Position numbers and translations under genes: made by a program. The notes under the pieces are model-generated. The model did not search any database. It was given only the letters and a program-made list of their open reading frames with translations, and had not been told where the DNA came from. From the NCBI GenBank assembly GCA_030704615.1, contig CM060733.1, positions 39,432,001 through 39,496,000 on the forward strand: a stretch of DNA of 64,000 nucleotides, written 5' to 3'. Shown piece after piece: positions 1 to 12,860 of this stretch (within the stretch, counting starts at the first letter, position 1; the number at the start of each line of letters is the position of its first letter). Source of the DNA: Takakia lepidozioides (taxonomy: Eukaryota; Plantae; Bryophyta).

Positions 1-1469
1 ATCCGGTGATGGAGGCGCTGGTGAGGAAGGTGCTAAAGCCTTGGCCGCGCGTGAGTACTCGCCAACGTGGCCTAACATGAGACTATGACGAAGTCGCCTG
101 TGGTGAGGGTGGCTGCGTGGAGGAAGCGGGAGGGGCGCGTGCCGCAAGGGCTAGTGCCCGTAATTGATGCTCATCTTGCAGACTCTCCCAATCTCCAGAT
201 AAAAAACGGTGAAGACGGATGCGCGTCTCTCTGTGCCCTGACTGACCGCCACGAGGGGGCAAAACCAAACACCACTGAGGAAATAACAAGAAAATATACC
301 ATGTTGGTATATCATCAGGATCACGAGCCAGCCTGTCTAAGGGTAGACGGAGTGCCAGTTGGACCTCATGACGTAGTGCCACCGGAATTCTTGTATAAAC
401 ACGAGGCCTTGGCAGTCCTAGCTGAAATGCGCCCAGAACATCTAGCGCTGAAAGCCAATGCCAAGCAGAGGCAGGAGGTGGCGCGTGCAAGACACTGGGC
501 TGAAATGGAGAATTACCATTTGTGTGGGACTGATGAAGAGCCGCACACGTGCGCTGGTGTCGCGCAAGCCCTCTGATGCGCGCAAAAAGACGACCGCAAG
601 CTGGGCATGGGGTACGGTCTGATGGGAGAGGCTCCTGCTGTTGGGGTAAGAGTGATGGGGTCGGCAATGCAGGCTGCACAACTGGAGAAGAAGGCACGTG
701 GAGAGGCTCATGACCAAGAGGAGTTGGGCTGCCTTGAAGCCGCTGCCGAGAATGGGATGGAGAACCTGGAGGAGAAGTGACTGGCGTGGGACCTCGAACC
801 CTACCTGAGAGGCGCAGTGGGGGAGGGCTCAACAGACATTGTGGGAGTTCTTCGGTCGGTGGGGCGCCAATGGAAGAACCTGGAATCAGCGGTGGAGAAG
901 ACCGTTGTGAAGATGACGACTCTTCTTGAACTTGGTGTCTGGAGCTTGGACTCTGGTGCGCATCAGGAACATGTGAGCTAGGGGTAGGGGTACGTTGGCG
1001 TTGGGGTCTTCCAAGAGGAGCAGGTCTTCCAGTAGGAGCAGTTGCGGTTGTGTTCAACACCTCTCGTTGCTCTGGGGAGCGAACTGCCAGGGATGGTGGA
1101 GTAGGCAGTAAAAGGGTTGTGGTGAGGGCTGGAGTTGGCTGCCTGTACGGCGTCGGGGCTGAACGAGCTGGGGGACAAGCCGATCGAGGCCGCCTGACCG
1201 GCGTGGGGCCCACTGTTGCACAGCGGCCGCTTGCTCGCTTAGCGCTGCTACCGCTATCGCTACTGCCAACACCTCCACTAAATTGGCGGCGCTGCAGGCC
1301 TTGCCGAGGTTTGGCGACGACGCCGCTCATCGTACTTCTCGTGTCCACGCTCGTCAGACTCAAAAAGCCCCGAAGCCGCCTTTTATATATTCCATGTCAT
1401 CCCACTTCACAAATAATAGCCTTCATGTTCATAGAAGTGGCACTTTCCCTGACCAGACTACTTATGCAA

Positions 1470-1471
<2 letters not shown>
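1..1471 (-). mobile_element. 5' part of a CRE-like (RLE-type, early-branching) non-LTR retrotransposon; runs off the left edge
   Basis: ORF 83..1363(-): Pro/Ser-rich N-terminus, C2H2 finger CPACGRLFARIRGLARHQRTC, then W..FLLFPQWCL..PPRGG...RL.RF..GDW. After a frameshift near 100, the reading continues RLRHSLMLGHVGEYSRAAKALAPSSPAPPSPD, the G..SRA...L....AP segment that precedes the RT in CRE-type elements. Confidence 0.7.

Positions 1472-1549
<78 letters not shown>
1472..1549. repeat. (AG)39 microsatellite
   Basis: Pure dinucleotide run read directly. Confidence 0.99.
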
Positions 1550-1551
<2 letters not shown>

Positions 1552-1628
1552 GATTTTACGTACGGGAAATGAGAACGCGTCGGCGGGTCTTTGCAGGTGC
1601 AGGATCTCGAAAACAAACACGACATCAA

Positions 1629-4476
1629 AGATTTGAGAAAGCCTTTGACTCAGTAGACTGAGCCTTTTTGCTGGAAGCGTTGCAGAGAACTGGATTGGGA
1701 GGTCCATTTTTGTCTTGGGTTCGCATTTTGCTGACATCTGCATCCAGTAAGGTCATGGTGAATGGTGTCATTTCCAGCTCCTTCCCCATCTCGAGATCTG
1801 TCAGACAGGGTTGTCCCCTCGCCCCGTTTCTCTTCCTTATTGCAGCGGACTCTCTTGGACATCTGCTGGACAACAGACATGACATCATTGGGCTTCATCT
1901 GCCTACACATGAGCAAGAAATGCTCAAGGACTCTATGTACGCTGATGACACAGTGCTGTTGCTAGACAACACCTCCCGAAGCAACATCGATAGGGCTCTG
2001 CAGGCTTTGCAGACTTTCTGTATGGGCTCTGGACTGAAGATCAACTGGAGAAATCGGTCGGAATTTTGTCTCTCTTGAAGAACGATGCCACTGCAAGCCA
2101 TTGCCAGCCATGGGGGGAAGATATCGGGCTGCACTGGCTTCGGGAGGGTCATGCTCATACACTACTTGGTCATCAGATAGGGCTCAACTTATCCCAGCAA
2201 GACATAATGAAACAGGTCATCTCCAAACTCAAATGGAAGCTGGCTTTTTGGAGTTCTGCCATGTTGTCCATTGTCGGACGAGCCTTGGTGGTGAATCAGG
2301 TGCTGCTCGCATCCATTTGGTTCTTAGCTGCTATTTGGGATCCTGGAACCACCTTGGTTAAGGAGACTAAAGCCCTCATAAGGAATTTTCTTTGGGGTGC
2401 AAGCCCAACAGCCCCGGTACGGCGGACCCTGGTTTCTTGGGAGCAATTGTGCCAGAAGAAAAGTGAAGGGGGCTTGGGGATAATTGACCTAGGGGCTCAA
2501 ATTACAGCATTGCTTGCAAAGTGGATCCCAAGGGCCCTCATTCACCGCTACAGTCCCTGGAGTAAATTGATCCAGCCCTATCTCATGGACTCATCGCCAC
2601 CCACTTCATCGGCCCTATGGGCAAAATCTCTGAGGTGGATTGTTCAAGGGCGAAATGCGGGTGTCAAGTTGGGATCTTAGCCATGGCAATCCATTTGGAA
2701 AGCCTGGCAGACAATCAGAGGCTCTCTCTTTCAGACTATGCCACGCAATTTCCAGGAATGCATACGCAACCGCTCTTTGCAAATTACAACATGGACTCTG
2801 AAGTTCTTCTTAAGCAGTCACCGAGATGGGCTCACTAGGAAAGTTCAGGCTTCACACACATGGCCAGCATATGGGAGAACGGACTGTTCCTTTCTGCTTC
2901 GCAACTCATGCTAGTTCTCTCGTTCGATGAATCCATGGCTTCTGGTCTGCAGTTCGCAGGAGATACTGAGGGCTACCTAGCTTTCATGGGAGCCATCTCT
3001 ATGGATAAACTATCGTTGTGTCACATCAGAGTATTTGATGGACAAGGGAATATGAATCCAGTACCTCCAATGGCACAGGAAGTGCAGTGGGCACTACACT
3101 CCACCATTTGCTGGTTCCTCAAATGTCCACTGACAGACCTGCAGTTCGATCTTTCTTAATGGAAATGGAGGGATTCTAAGCATACTTCCTTTTTGGCTTA
3201 CAAGGTCAAGCTAGGATACTCACTGCTGAACCCTTCGCGCTCTTTCATCACAAAATGGACCGCAAAATGGGGCCAACAGCTTCAATCCAAGGCTCAATGG
3301 AGCAAGATATGGAAGGATGTTTGGAGAAAGGACAGGGTTGCCAAGGTTTCGGGATTCTTGTGGAAACTGGTGCATAGAGTGCTTCCTGTCAGGGCAACAA
3401 CGCATACTGATATGCTTGTTTGCACACTCTGCAATTCGCAGCCAGAAACAATTGAACATTGTTTGACTTCATGCAATTTGGCTTGCAAGATTTGGCATGA
3501 AGTGTTACGCTTTTATACTAACTGGAATAGTTTTTCTTCCCCCCCCCGCTGCCTCATTGTTGCTTCTCAATCTAGTGCCTAGGCAAACCCAGATCTCTTG
3601 CCCGGTATGGGCCTCACTTAGAGCCCACACCTTATGGAATATGTGGAAAGCTAGGTGTACCTGGTTTTATGAGGGTAAACCCCCCAGAGGCAGGTCAGTG
3701 CTATTTCATGTATTGTGTGCAGCTTTTCCCAAAGCTTCGGAGCATTAACGCTACAAGAAGCTGCTCCAAGATTTCGACCTCTCCTGGGGCAAAAGCAACG
3801 TGCTCGGAGCCCGTCTTCCCAACCTTCGATTTTTCATTGGCACGACTCCATCCCCCCTCAATGGGAAGTCCCCTGGTGAAGGGGAGGAGCCTGCCTTCAA
3901 TTGGCGTCACAAGAAGTCCCGTGTTACGAAGTTCAAGACCCAGCTCAAGTTCTGAGTGCTCGGCCACTGTTGTAGGGTTACTTAGACTCATGCTTCATGC
4001 ACCTTATCATTGCTGGACGACTTATCTGCATTCTCTACTTTCCACTCTCGGTTCTTCTTTTCTTTGTGGCGGTTTCTCCAGGTTGTGGCATTTACTGCAG
4101 CACTAGTACTATAGACTGCAATCTTCGGCTTCTCCAGGTCATGGCATTTACTGCAGCATTAGTACTATGGACTGCAATCTGCATTGTTTATCTGAAATGT
4201 GTAGTCTGCAGTATTGGTATGCTACATCCCCCGCCCCCCTTACTTGCCCTTTTCTTCCTTACCTACTGGCTTCCCTTCGCTTTTGCTTCTCTCATCTTTT
4301 CTCTATTACTTAGCTATGTTGCTAGAGTCACAGGGGAGTTTCCCCAGAGTAAGCCTTCATGGCCCTTGGGGTGGTTATTTTTTCCACCTTATGTGACCTT
4401 TATTTCATTTAATTTGATTAAAAGGGCCTCTGTCCCCTTTCCTTTCTAAAAAATAAATAAAAATAAAAATAAAATA
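1629..4476 (+). mobile_element. 5'-truncated degenerate L1-clade LINE (copy 1): RT C-half, CCHC zinc knuckle, 3' UTR, A-rich tail
   Basis: DFEKAFDSV, VRQGCPLAPFLF, MYADDT, EGGLGIIDL, CTLCNSQPETIEHCL; several stops and frameshifts; tail AAAAAATAAATAAAAATAAAAATAAAATAA at about 4448-4477; homologous to copy 2. Confidence 0.93.
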
Positions 4477-4549
4477 ACTGTACATATGATCCATTACGTC
4501 TATAAGCCATTCGCATGAACTGCACAAAAATTTCGACACGCAAATCTGT

Positions 4550-7500
4550 ACCTGCTGCAACTGAAACAAAGGAGCACGCCGTTGGAGACATACAAGCTAC
4601 AAAGAAGAGAAAATGACATGCAAACCCCGCGCCTGCAGTCATCCCCAAGCGTCCAACTGGATCGGGTTTCTTCCCGGTGAGAATAATGGGGGCATGGGGC
4701 TCTTTTCCCTTCACTGAAGCGGACTTACAACAGTTGGATGGTACCAGCCTGGCAGTCTCATTCTTGGAGTTGCACTCTTTCAAAAGCAGACCACTCACAG
4801 GCTGGGCACCTGGATCCACTTACGCGAGGGAAAAGGCAACAATCTGCATCACCCCCTTGCTGTATGCCTTCATTGATGACTACACAAATTTCTTTTTGCC
4901 AAGTATCAAGCAAGGATTTCAATCAGCGTGGGTGACTGAAGCCATGGCGCTCCAATATGGAGTGGGGAAAGAAAGAGACATCACACTCGCACTTTCAAAA
5001 GGCGTTCTCCATGAATTCTTTCCTAACCTGAACCTCTTTTTGTCGCACATACAACATGTTGGAATCATGGTGGAGAACAATGAATCTCATGCAGATTTGG
5101 CAATAATTCATATGCTGCCGATTATTTGCGGGTCGGATCTGGACACATCAGGTGCTCATGACTCACGGCTTTGGGTGTGTAAGTACTTTCTATCTTGCAG
5201 GGTTAAGGACCCCACGGAATAGGCTCGCAGCAGAAAAATCTTCAAGGAGGGGATTGGGCTGGTGGATGAGCACTACAAGATGTACAAGATGAAGGATGTC
5301 GCAGTATCCCCACAAATTTAAATAGAGAATCGGTGCTGGTGGGCAACACCAACTTCAATTTCTCCTCCAACGCAGCTGCAGATCACTCCATCACATTCCT
5401 GCTTCCGGAGGAGACGGTCGACTCCCCACCCCTGGTAAGCATGGACTCGCATGCCTCCTCCTCTCCCCTCATTTTTTACGTACCTCATGCTACAAATGGT
5501 AAAAGGGTTTGGACCCTAATGTTAGACAGCCATCCCTCTTCCTAGCGAGTTCTCCCTGGCTAGCGGGATGCTTCTGTCCTTCCTTCTTCCCCTTCTGCTC
5601 TCCTCTTTCTATCACAAACTTTATCCTGCAACATCTCTGCTGATCTTCTCTCAGTTCGCAGGGACAGTGGAAATCAATTCATGCCTTTAAATTGCAAAAA
5701 CAAAAGGAAACGTGCCAAAACAGTGTTTACCTGGCGGCTTCCAGCTATACCTCTCTCGCTTAAAGGTTTCAAATGGGTTTCCACTCTGCCCATGTCGGAT
5801 AAGCGCACTAAGTTCTTCTTTGACCCCATCTGGCCATCAAATCGTGTAGAACACACAGGCCTTTCTGTCTCCCCCAAATGAATCTATCCCTTTGCTCTTG
5901 GAATGTGAGAGGCCTGGGCTCCCACCACTCTGCCCCAAAAGGGCCAGAGTTAGAAGCTGGGCCTCCACATTTGTTAGGGGTTCTAATATGCTATTTCTGC
6001 AAGAATACAAGTTAGATCAACACAAAATTGCCTCCTTGGGTGCTTCCCTATGGCCCTCCGCCACTACATTTTGGAACCCCACGGTGATAGATTCAAGAGG
6101 CGGCACAACTATTCTTGTATCCCCTTCTCTCCTTCATTCCATTACTTCCAACGCTGTCTGGATCCATGGTAGAGTCCAGTTTCTAGCTATGAATCTGGGT
6201 CAATCTCTTGGTGAAGTAGGGCTTCTAAATACCTATGTCCCCAATGGGAAGGAGGAAAGAGTTCTTTTTAGGAATCAGATCAGGGACAAAATGCTGCAGC
6301 ACCCGCACATCCAACACTGGCTCATGGGAGGAGACTTCAACATGGTGGAAGAGAAGACGGATAGGCTGGGAAGGTCAGCTCATGGGCTCTCCACAGCGGA
6401 AAAGAACTCCTGGGATGCGATGTGTTTCACTGTGGGTCTCCTTGATGCAACTACTCCACGGCAGGGTGACTTGAAATTCTCTTGGAGCAACAACAGGACC
6501 CGCCTAATCTGTGCCAAGCGCGCTTGGATAGATTTTATTGCTCACCTACTCTGCTGGCTTGGACCATGAGCATCCCACTGCAACCAGTTTTATCGGAGTT
6601 TGATCATGCAGCTGTTCACATCCTCCTTAGTGCTCCAGGGTATAGGTTGAAGGGCAGAGGTTTCTTCAAAATGAATCCGTCTATTCTCCTAGTCCCAGAG
6701 GTGGTTACTGCCCTGCAGAAGGCTTGGACCTTGGCAATTATCCCTTACACCTCCCCCACAGTGCGGTTCCTGGAAAAGCTGGACATGCTGAGAAACATGT
6801 GTAAATTAATCTCGAAGGAAAAAGCAGTGGAAAACGGCAGAAGGCTGAAAGCTCTTACAAAATGCTTGGAGGTATGTCAGTTCCAATTGCAGTCCGGACA
6901 TGAGGGCCCTCAGACTTTGGTTTCTTACAAAACAGCCAAGAGGAACCTCTTTTTGTTGCTAAACGCCAAAGAGCAGTTCATAAAGAACAGGGCTGGGATG
7001 AATTGGTCCCTTAAAGGGGAAAAGATGACCAAGTATTTCTTTGTAAAGGCAGCACAAAGACGAGCAACAACGCTGGTTCCAGCTCTGAAAGACTCAGCAG
7101 GTCAAACCATTGACAAACCAAAAATCATGGCATCAATAGCTGAAAGATATTTTCACACTTTGTTTGAAAGGCAGCAGTCAACAGAGGAAGGCAGCCACTG
7201 AAACCCTGTTACATCACATTCCGTGTTCTCTCTCTCAGTCCGATAAAGCCAGCCTGGCGGCCCCTTTCACCGCTAGGGAATTGGGTCAAGCATTGAACTC
7301 TATGGCTTCTCATAAATCGCTTGGTCTAGACGGACTTCCGATTGAGTTGTTCAAGGCATTGTGGCCAGCTATTGGTGAGGACTTCCTAATGATGGCGATT
7401 GACATTCTGCAGAAGAAGATGATGCCCTCACAGATGTCGCAAGGACTTATCACCCTCATTTTAAAAAAAGGAGACAGGGAAGACTTAGCAAATTATCGCC

Positions 7501-10500
7501 CTATCACCCTATTGAATTGCACATACAAGATTATTGCAAAGGCCCTTGCATTGAGGTTACAACTGCTGTTGCCAAAGATCATTAGGAAAGAGCAAACGGG
7601 TTTCCTAAAGGACCGAATGATCCTGACAACATCCTTCTCGCCCATGAAGCCCTTCATAGAGCTGAACTCAACAATCAACCGCTTGCATTTTTAATGCTCG
7701 ACTTTGAGAAGGCGTTTGATTCCATTGACTGGAGTTTTCTGTTGGGGGCTCTTCAAAGAACTGGGCTGGAGGGGCCCTTCCTGGACTGGGTTCACATTCT
7801 ACTACACTCAGCGTCAAGCAAGGTTATGGTGAATGGGGTGGTTTCCAAGGTTTTCCCAATATCCAGATCTGTGAGGCAGGGCTGCCCCCTGGCCCCGTTT
7901 CTCTTTCTCATCGTTGCGGATTCGCTTGGCCATTTGCTGGAATCAAGACATGATATTCTCGGTCTTCAACTGCCCACCCACCTTGCATACTGAAATGCTC
8001 AAGCTGTCCATGTACGCAGATGACACTTGCCTTCTCCTTGATAACTCCACATGCAGCAACGTTGACAGGGCACTTCAGGCCCTTCACACTTTCTGCCTAG
8101 GTTCAGGGCTTAAGGTCAACTGGAGGAAATATATGGGAATTCTGTCTCTACTACATAGTGGAGTAGGTACTGCTCACTGTCAAGCCTGGGGAGCTGATTT
8201 GGGCTTAAATTGGCTACAGGAAGGACAAACTCATACTCTTCTGAGTCACCAGATAGGCCTAAACATGTTGCAGCAAACCACATGGAAAGCACTGATCACA
8301 AGATTCAAAAGAAATCTCGCTTTCTGGTTTGCAGCCATGCCATCAATTGTGGGAAGGGCACTAGTGGCAAACCAGGTGCTTTCCAACTCTATCTGGTACT
8401 TCGCGGCGGTGTGGGATCTAGACAAGTCCATGGTCAAAGAAATTAAGGCCCTCTTACATAACTTCATATGGCGTGCCACTACGGCGGCACCCGTGAGAAG
8501 AGCGTTGCTCTCCTGGGAGCAGTGGTGTCAGAAGAAAATACAAGGTGGGCTAGGCATTATTGACCCGGCTGCTCAGATCAAGGCCTTGCTAGCAAAATGG
8601 ATTCCAAGGGCAATAACACACAGGGATGCGCCATGGAGCAAGCTCATTCAACCTTACTTGATGGGGTCCCTACCCACATCCTCTCATCTCTGGGCTCAAT
8701 CACTAAGATGGATTGTTCAAGGCAGAAATGCCGCAGTCTCATTGGGCTCTAGACCCTGGCAGTCCATCTGGAAAGCATGGCATTGCATGAGAGACAATCT
8801 CACACAAGGAATGCCAACAAACAAGCAAGAATGCTTGCGGCAACCTTTGTTTGCCAACTACAACATGGACTCTGGAATTCTACTTACCCAAACCCCGAGA
8901 TGGGCTTTATGGGAAAGACAGGGTTTCACTCACATTGCCAATATGCGGTTGGATGGTCAGTTCATGAGTGAGGCAATGGTGGCTGAAATGATGGGTCGGA
9001 GGAGAGCCAGGGCCTGGAACATCATACTTGCCAATGTGCCGCAATATATGAGCCCCTTGCTTGATGAAGATGATCACACATCCAAAACCCCTGCTTGGAT
9101 GGCATCTTCACAAAGGAATCAGATTCCGGTCATGCTTGTTTTGTCATCTACAGAACTGGTGGTGTCTGGTCTAGGTTTCTTGGATGACCAGGAAGGGCAT
9201 CTCACATATTCAGAAAGAGTGGAGATGAATCGGTCTTTGCTGTTCCACATCAGGGTGCTGGACAACCTCGGAAATCCCAACCCCATGCCTACTCCGGATT
9301 TGGAAGCTCAATGGGCTCGACAAGAAACTCTAACCTGGTTTCTCAAATGCCCCTTGACTGATCTGCAATTTGACCCGGCGGAGTGGAGGTGGATGGATAA
9401 GAAAAAAACACCATTTTTTTCGTACTCTGTCAAGAAAGGTTATGCTCTCATCAACCCCTCGCGCTCATTCAAAAAGAGGTGGTCCAGCAAATGGGGCAGC
9501 CTGCAACTTGGCCAGAACACATGGAACAACATTTGGAAAGACATATGGAGGAAGGACAGACCATCCAAGCTATCGGGTTTCCTTTGGAAGCTCACACATA
9601 GGATCCTCCCTGTCAGACAGAAGACACATGAGGATGATCCAACTTGCACTCTCTGTCATGCAAACCCAGAATCTATTGAACACTGCTTACTGCTCTGCAA
9701 TATGTCAAACAGAATCTGGAGTTTGGTCATCAGTTTCTATTATCACTGGGACATCTTTCCAAACCCTCCTCCCCAATCTCTGCTTCTGCTTAATTTTCTA
9801 CCTGGCCAGCCAAAAAGTGTCTGTCCAGTTTGGGCAGCTCTTAGAGCTCTTACATTATGGAATTTGTGGAAAAGCAGATGTGCTTGGGTTTTCGAGGGGA
9901 AACCCCCTAGAGGCAGATCAATATTATTTCATACTTACCATGACCTGCTTACTGAGGGGAGGAAAGCATGGTTTACTGTTTGTGCAGCTCCTCCCAGAAC
10001 TTTGAAGCAACGGGGCCGGAAGCTGCTTCAAGACTTCTATGATTCATGGGGAAAAAGCAACGTGCTCGGCTCCGGTGTTTCCAACACTCGCTTTACCTGG
10101 CAACAATCCATCCCCCCGCAATGGGAGGTCCCCTGGTGATGGGGAGGAATCAGAATTCAATTGGCGTCAAGCGAGCTAGAGACATTAAATCCAGAACGTT
10201 CTGATTTTATTACCTGCGGCTCTGCTACGAGGCCTCACCTCCCTCAACTCCTTTGCAGCTTTGATTCTCCACGATTTACGCTTTAGAATGCTGCTTCAGT
10301 GTCCATCTTCCTAAACCTTGCGTAAAGGGCCCCTCCCTCCTTGCTTAGTTCCAGATTGTTTTTCGACTGCCTGGACTTTCCTCTTACTGTTCCTTTTCTG
10401 CACCTCTCTCTCTCTCCCCTTCTGCTTAGCAGGTTCGCTAGGGTAACGGGGAAGTCCCCCCTCTGTTAGCCTCCACGGCCTCCCTAGGTGGTTATTTTTT

Positions 10501-10580
10501 CTACCTTTTGAACCTTTGTTTAATCTAATTTGATTAAAAGGGCCTCTATCCCTTTCATTAAAATAAAAAATAAATAAAAA
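4550..10580 (+). mobile_element. Near full-length degenerate L1-clade LINE (copy 2)
   Basis: Upstream coding remnant (4677..5880), ORF2 EN-RT-CCHC, 3' UTR motifs shared with copy 1, tail AAAATAAAAAATAAATAAAAA at about 10560-10580. 5' boundary uncertain. Confidence 0.9.
5878..10139 (+). pseudogene. LINE ORF2 (APE endonuclease, reverse transcriptase, zinc knuckle), frameshifted
   Basis: Starts MNLSLCSWNVRGLG at 5878; FLQE, GGDFN, ARLDRFY, (S/F)DH endonuclease motifs; NYRPITLLN, DFEKAFD, RQGCPL, YADD RT motifs; CTLCHANPESIEHCLLLC; spread over five ORFs. Confidence 0.95.
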
Positions 10581-11393
10581 TCTGTCACCAAGGTTTTGTG
10601 ACCCATTCAAAATCCTAGAACGCCATGACAGAGTGGCCTATGAGTTAGATCTGCCTCCAACGTGGAAGATTCACAAAACTTTCCATGTCAGCCTTCTCCA
10701 AAAGTATATTATGCAACCCATCACACATCCGGCCCACGTTGCCTCAAGCTATGAGCGATGGTTAGTTGATGGCTGAACCCGAAAATATTCTAGACACGCG
10801 AGTAAAGCACCCGTGCAACTTGGAAAGAACATTTGATTAAGTGGTTCCATTACCCGAGACTGAGACTACTTGGGAGAAGGAAAACCAACTGGCATTGAGT
10901 TGTCCCTTGTATTCTGTCTTTGGGAGGGTGAGCTTGTTAGGTGCCAGGAACGAAGGTCTACCAGTCAACCAGTTCGGAATGACCAGTTCAGAATGACAAA
11001 AGATTGCTAGAATATCGACGGAACCGACAGTTGCAGGTTAAGTGAGGAAAGCTCGTGAGCATGAAGAAAAGTGAAGACTAGGGATTTGTGATGTGGTGGA
11101 GTACAAGGCAAGATGGCTGGAGTAGAGACGATGGTGTAGAGGCACCTTGAGCAGATCTGAATTAGCAGGCAATGTGCATAGATAGCATGGTGCGGCGGTT
11201 GGGTGGACTGGGAGTGTAGCCTGGTATTGTGCTTTTGTGAATAGCTTGAAAGTGACTGAGATCGTAGCTGGTTTTCTTGGTTGTCAGCGTGATAGGCCGT
11301 GGGCCCTTACCTGTAGTGATCACAGATCTTGATTTCCCCTGTAAATTCTTGTGAGTTGGGACCCAGGCAAAGCACACTTTGATTTTTGTCACA
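10579..11393 (+). mobile_element. Chromovirus (Ty3/Gypsy) 3' remnant: integrase GPY/F tail, chromodomain relic, PPT, putative 3' LTR (about 10935-11393)
   Basis: Manual translation NLSPRFCDPFKILERHDRVAYELDLPPTWKIHKTFHVSLLQKY, then EPENILD..IKW...ETTWE; purine tract GGGAGGG at about 10922; TGTTA at 10935 ... TCACA ending 11393 (LTR end tentative). Confidence 0.75.
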
Positions 11394-11449
11394 ACTGAAC
11401 TGAAGAAGGTGAGAGTCCAAATAAGTGAGAGAGGCCAACCATCTGAACT

Positions 11450-12205
11450 GCCTGAAACTTGTCGAGACTGAATGAGGAAAGAGAGATAGATATTTCACAC
11501 TTAGTGTTTTGCACAACGCACGATGGCGATGCTAAGTTATCGTGGATTGTGTGCAATGCTCTCTCCATGAACACTTCCAGACAATTGCCTGCCTTCCCTC
11601 TCGCCAATTCAAAGACATTTGTTCCATGTGGACATGGTGAATTTGATTGTGGATAGATGCACCAAGACCTACAAGGTCATTGTGATAACAAACTCTGGAG
11701 ACAACGACGGCAAGATTTAAACGTAAATGCACTTTTCGACAGGAGGAGACGTTGGAGAACACACATCTATGATTCAATTTGCGAGTGTTGGACCAAGACT
11801 GGCAATATGCTGGAGTGTGATTGGTGCTGGTTCTGTGCAGGAAGTGTGATCTGTGGCCCCACTCTCTTTGCTCTATTTTATGGACGAGACTACATTTTTA
11901 TGGCTTATGACATTGGTACTGGTGTGTGAACTCAAGTTGCTGTAAAAATGCCTTATCTTGGTGGAGGTGGTAGTGTATCAGCTCATCCAAGGCTCCTAGA
12001 GAGTGACGGGCGCCTATTGCTAGCTGGGGCTGTCGATCTTGGGCGAGATGATCGACTCTTCATAATATGGGAGTTCAGAGTTTCTACAAAGACTGCAGAG
12101 TTGCTAGAGATTGGAAGGACTAATTTGACCACCATGTACGATTTTCAAGTGGTGAGCCATGGCAATCTCATATCATATGGCCCAGACGCAATCTACAAGT
12201 TGTGA
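11450..12205 (+). pseudogene. F-box/kelch-repeat protein C-terminal beta-propeller relic
   Basis: LVFC...WIVCNALS...RQLP, TYKVIV, THIYDS..ECW, AYDIGTGV*, PRLLESDGRLLL, IIWEF: the typical plant F-box/kelch motif order; stops and frameshifts; no F-box domain seen. Confidence 0.8.
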
Positions 12206-12374
12206 TGAAGCAACGCAGATGGACACGAACTAGGACCTGGGATTGCAGGAGTATTAGATTGGTTCGGGGTCTTAGTTTAGGTGCAAAAGTCTAGACAATG
12301 CTTTGTTTTCTTTCAGAATATGTTCCAATTCCGTCGGCATCTTGTATGATTTCTGGTTTTCCCTCCTTATTTCC

Positions 12375-12860
12375 CTTCCTTTGCATCCTCTATGCTCCCG
12401 CATTTGGCATACTTGTCCACGAGGGTAGTAGTCAGAATCATATGGTACAATTCCAGCTTTCACAATGTCAGCATGGACCTGTTTGCTTAAATTCTAGGGC
12501 TGTCAGGCAAGCACATTCAAATGAATGTTACCTGGTTGGGCATCATCCCTTCCTGTAGATCATTGATCATAGGCCCGGTCTCCAAGGCATTCCTATCTCA
12601 ACCTGCATGTTTGGTAGATCCTGCGATCATTGTATTCCACAGATCAAACCTCGTTCAGGCAATTTTGTCAAATACTCGAGATCGTGCATCCACGATGCTC
12701 CCGCATTTGATATACATGTTGACTAGGGTGTTGTGTAGAAACACGTTTAATTTCATTCAGAACAAAGTCTCTGCAAGTGCTCAAGCAGTTGTGGACATCC
12801 AGGTGATGCGTGTCTCCCAATGCATAACATCCAGAGCTTCAAGTACTTGAATGAATTTCC
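12375..12860 (-). pseudogene. PLS-class pentatricopeptide repeat (PPR) gene relic
   Basis: Manual minus-strand translation: NVFLHNTLVNMYIKCGSIVDAR, VFDK, WNTMIAG, EGMMPNQVTF, QVHADIVKAG, TTLVDKYAKCGSIEDAK; heavily frameshifted. Confidence 0.88.

Noticed and set aside
1050-1743. ORFs with (RE)n or (SL)n runs
   Set aside because: Translations of the (AG)39 microsatellite.
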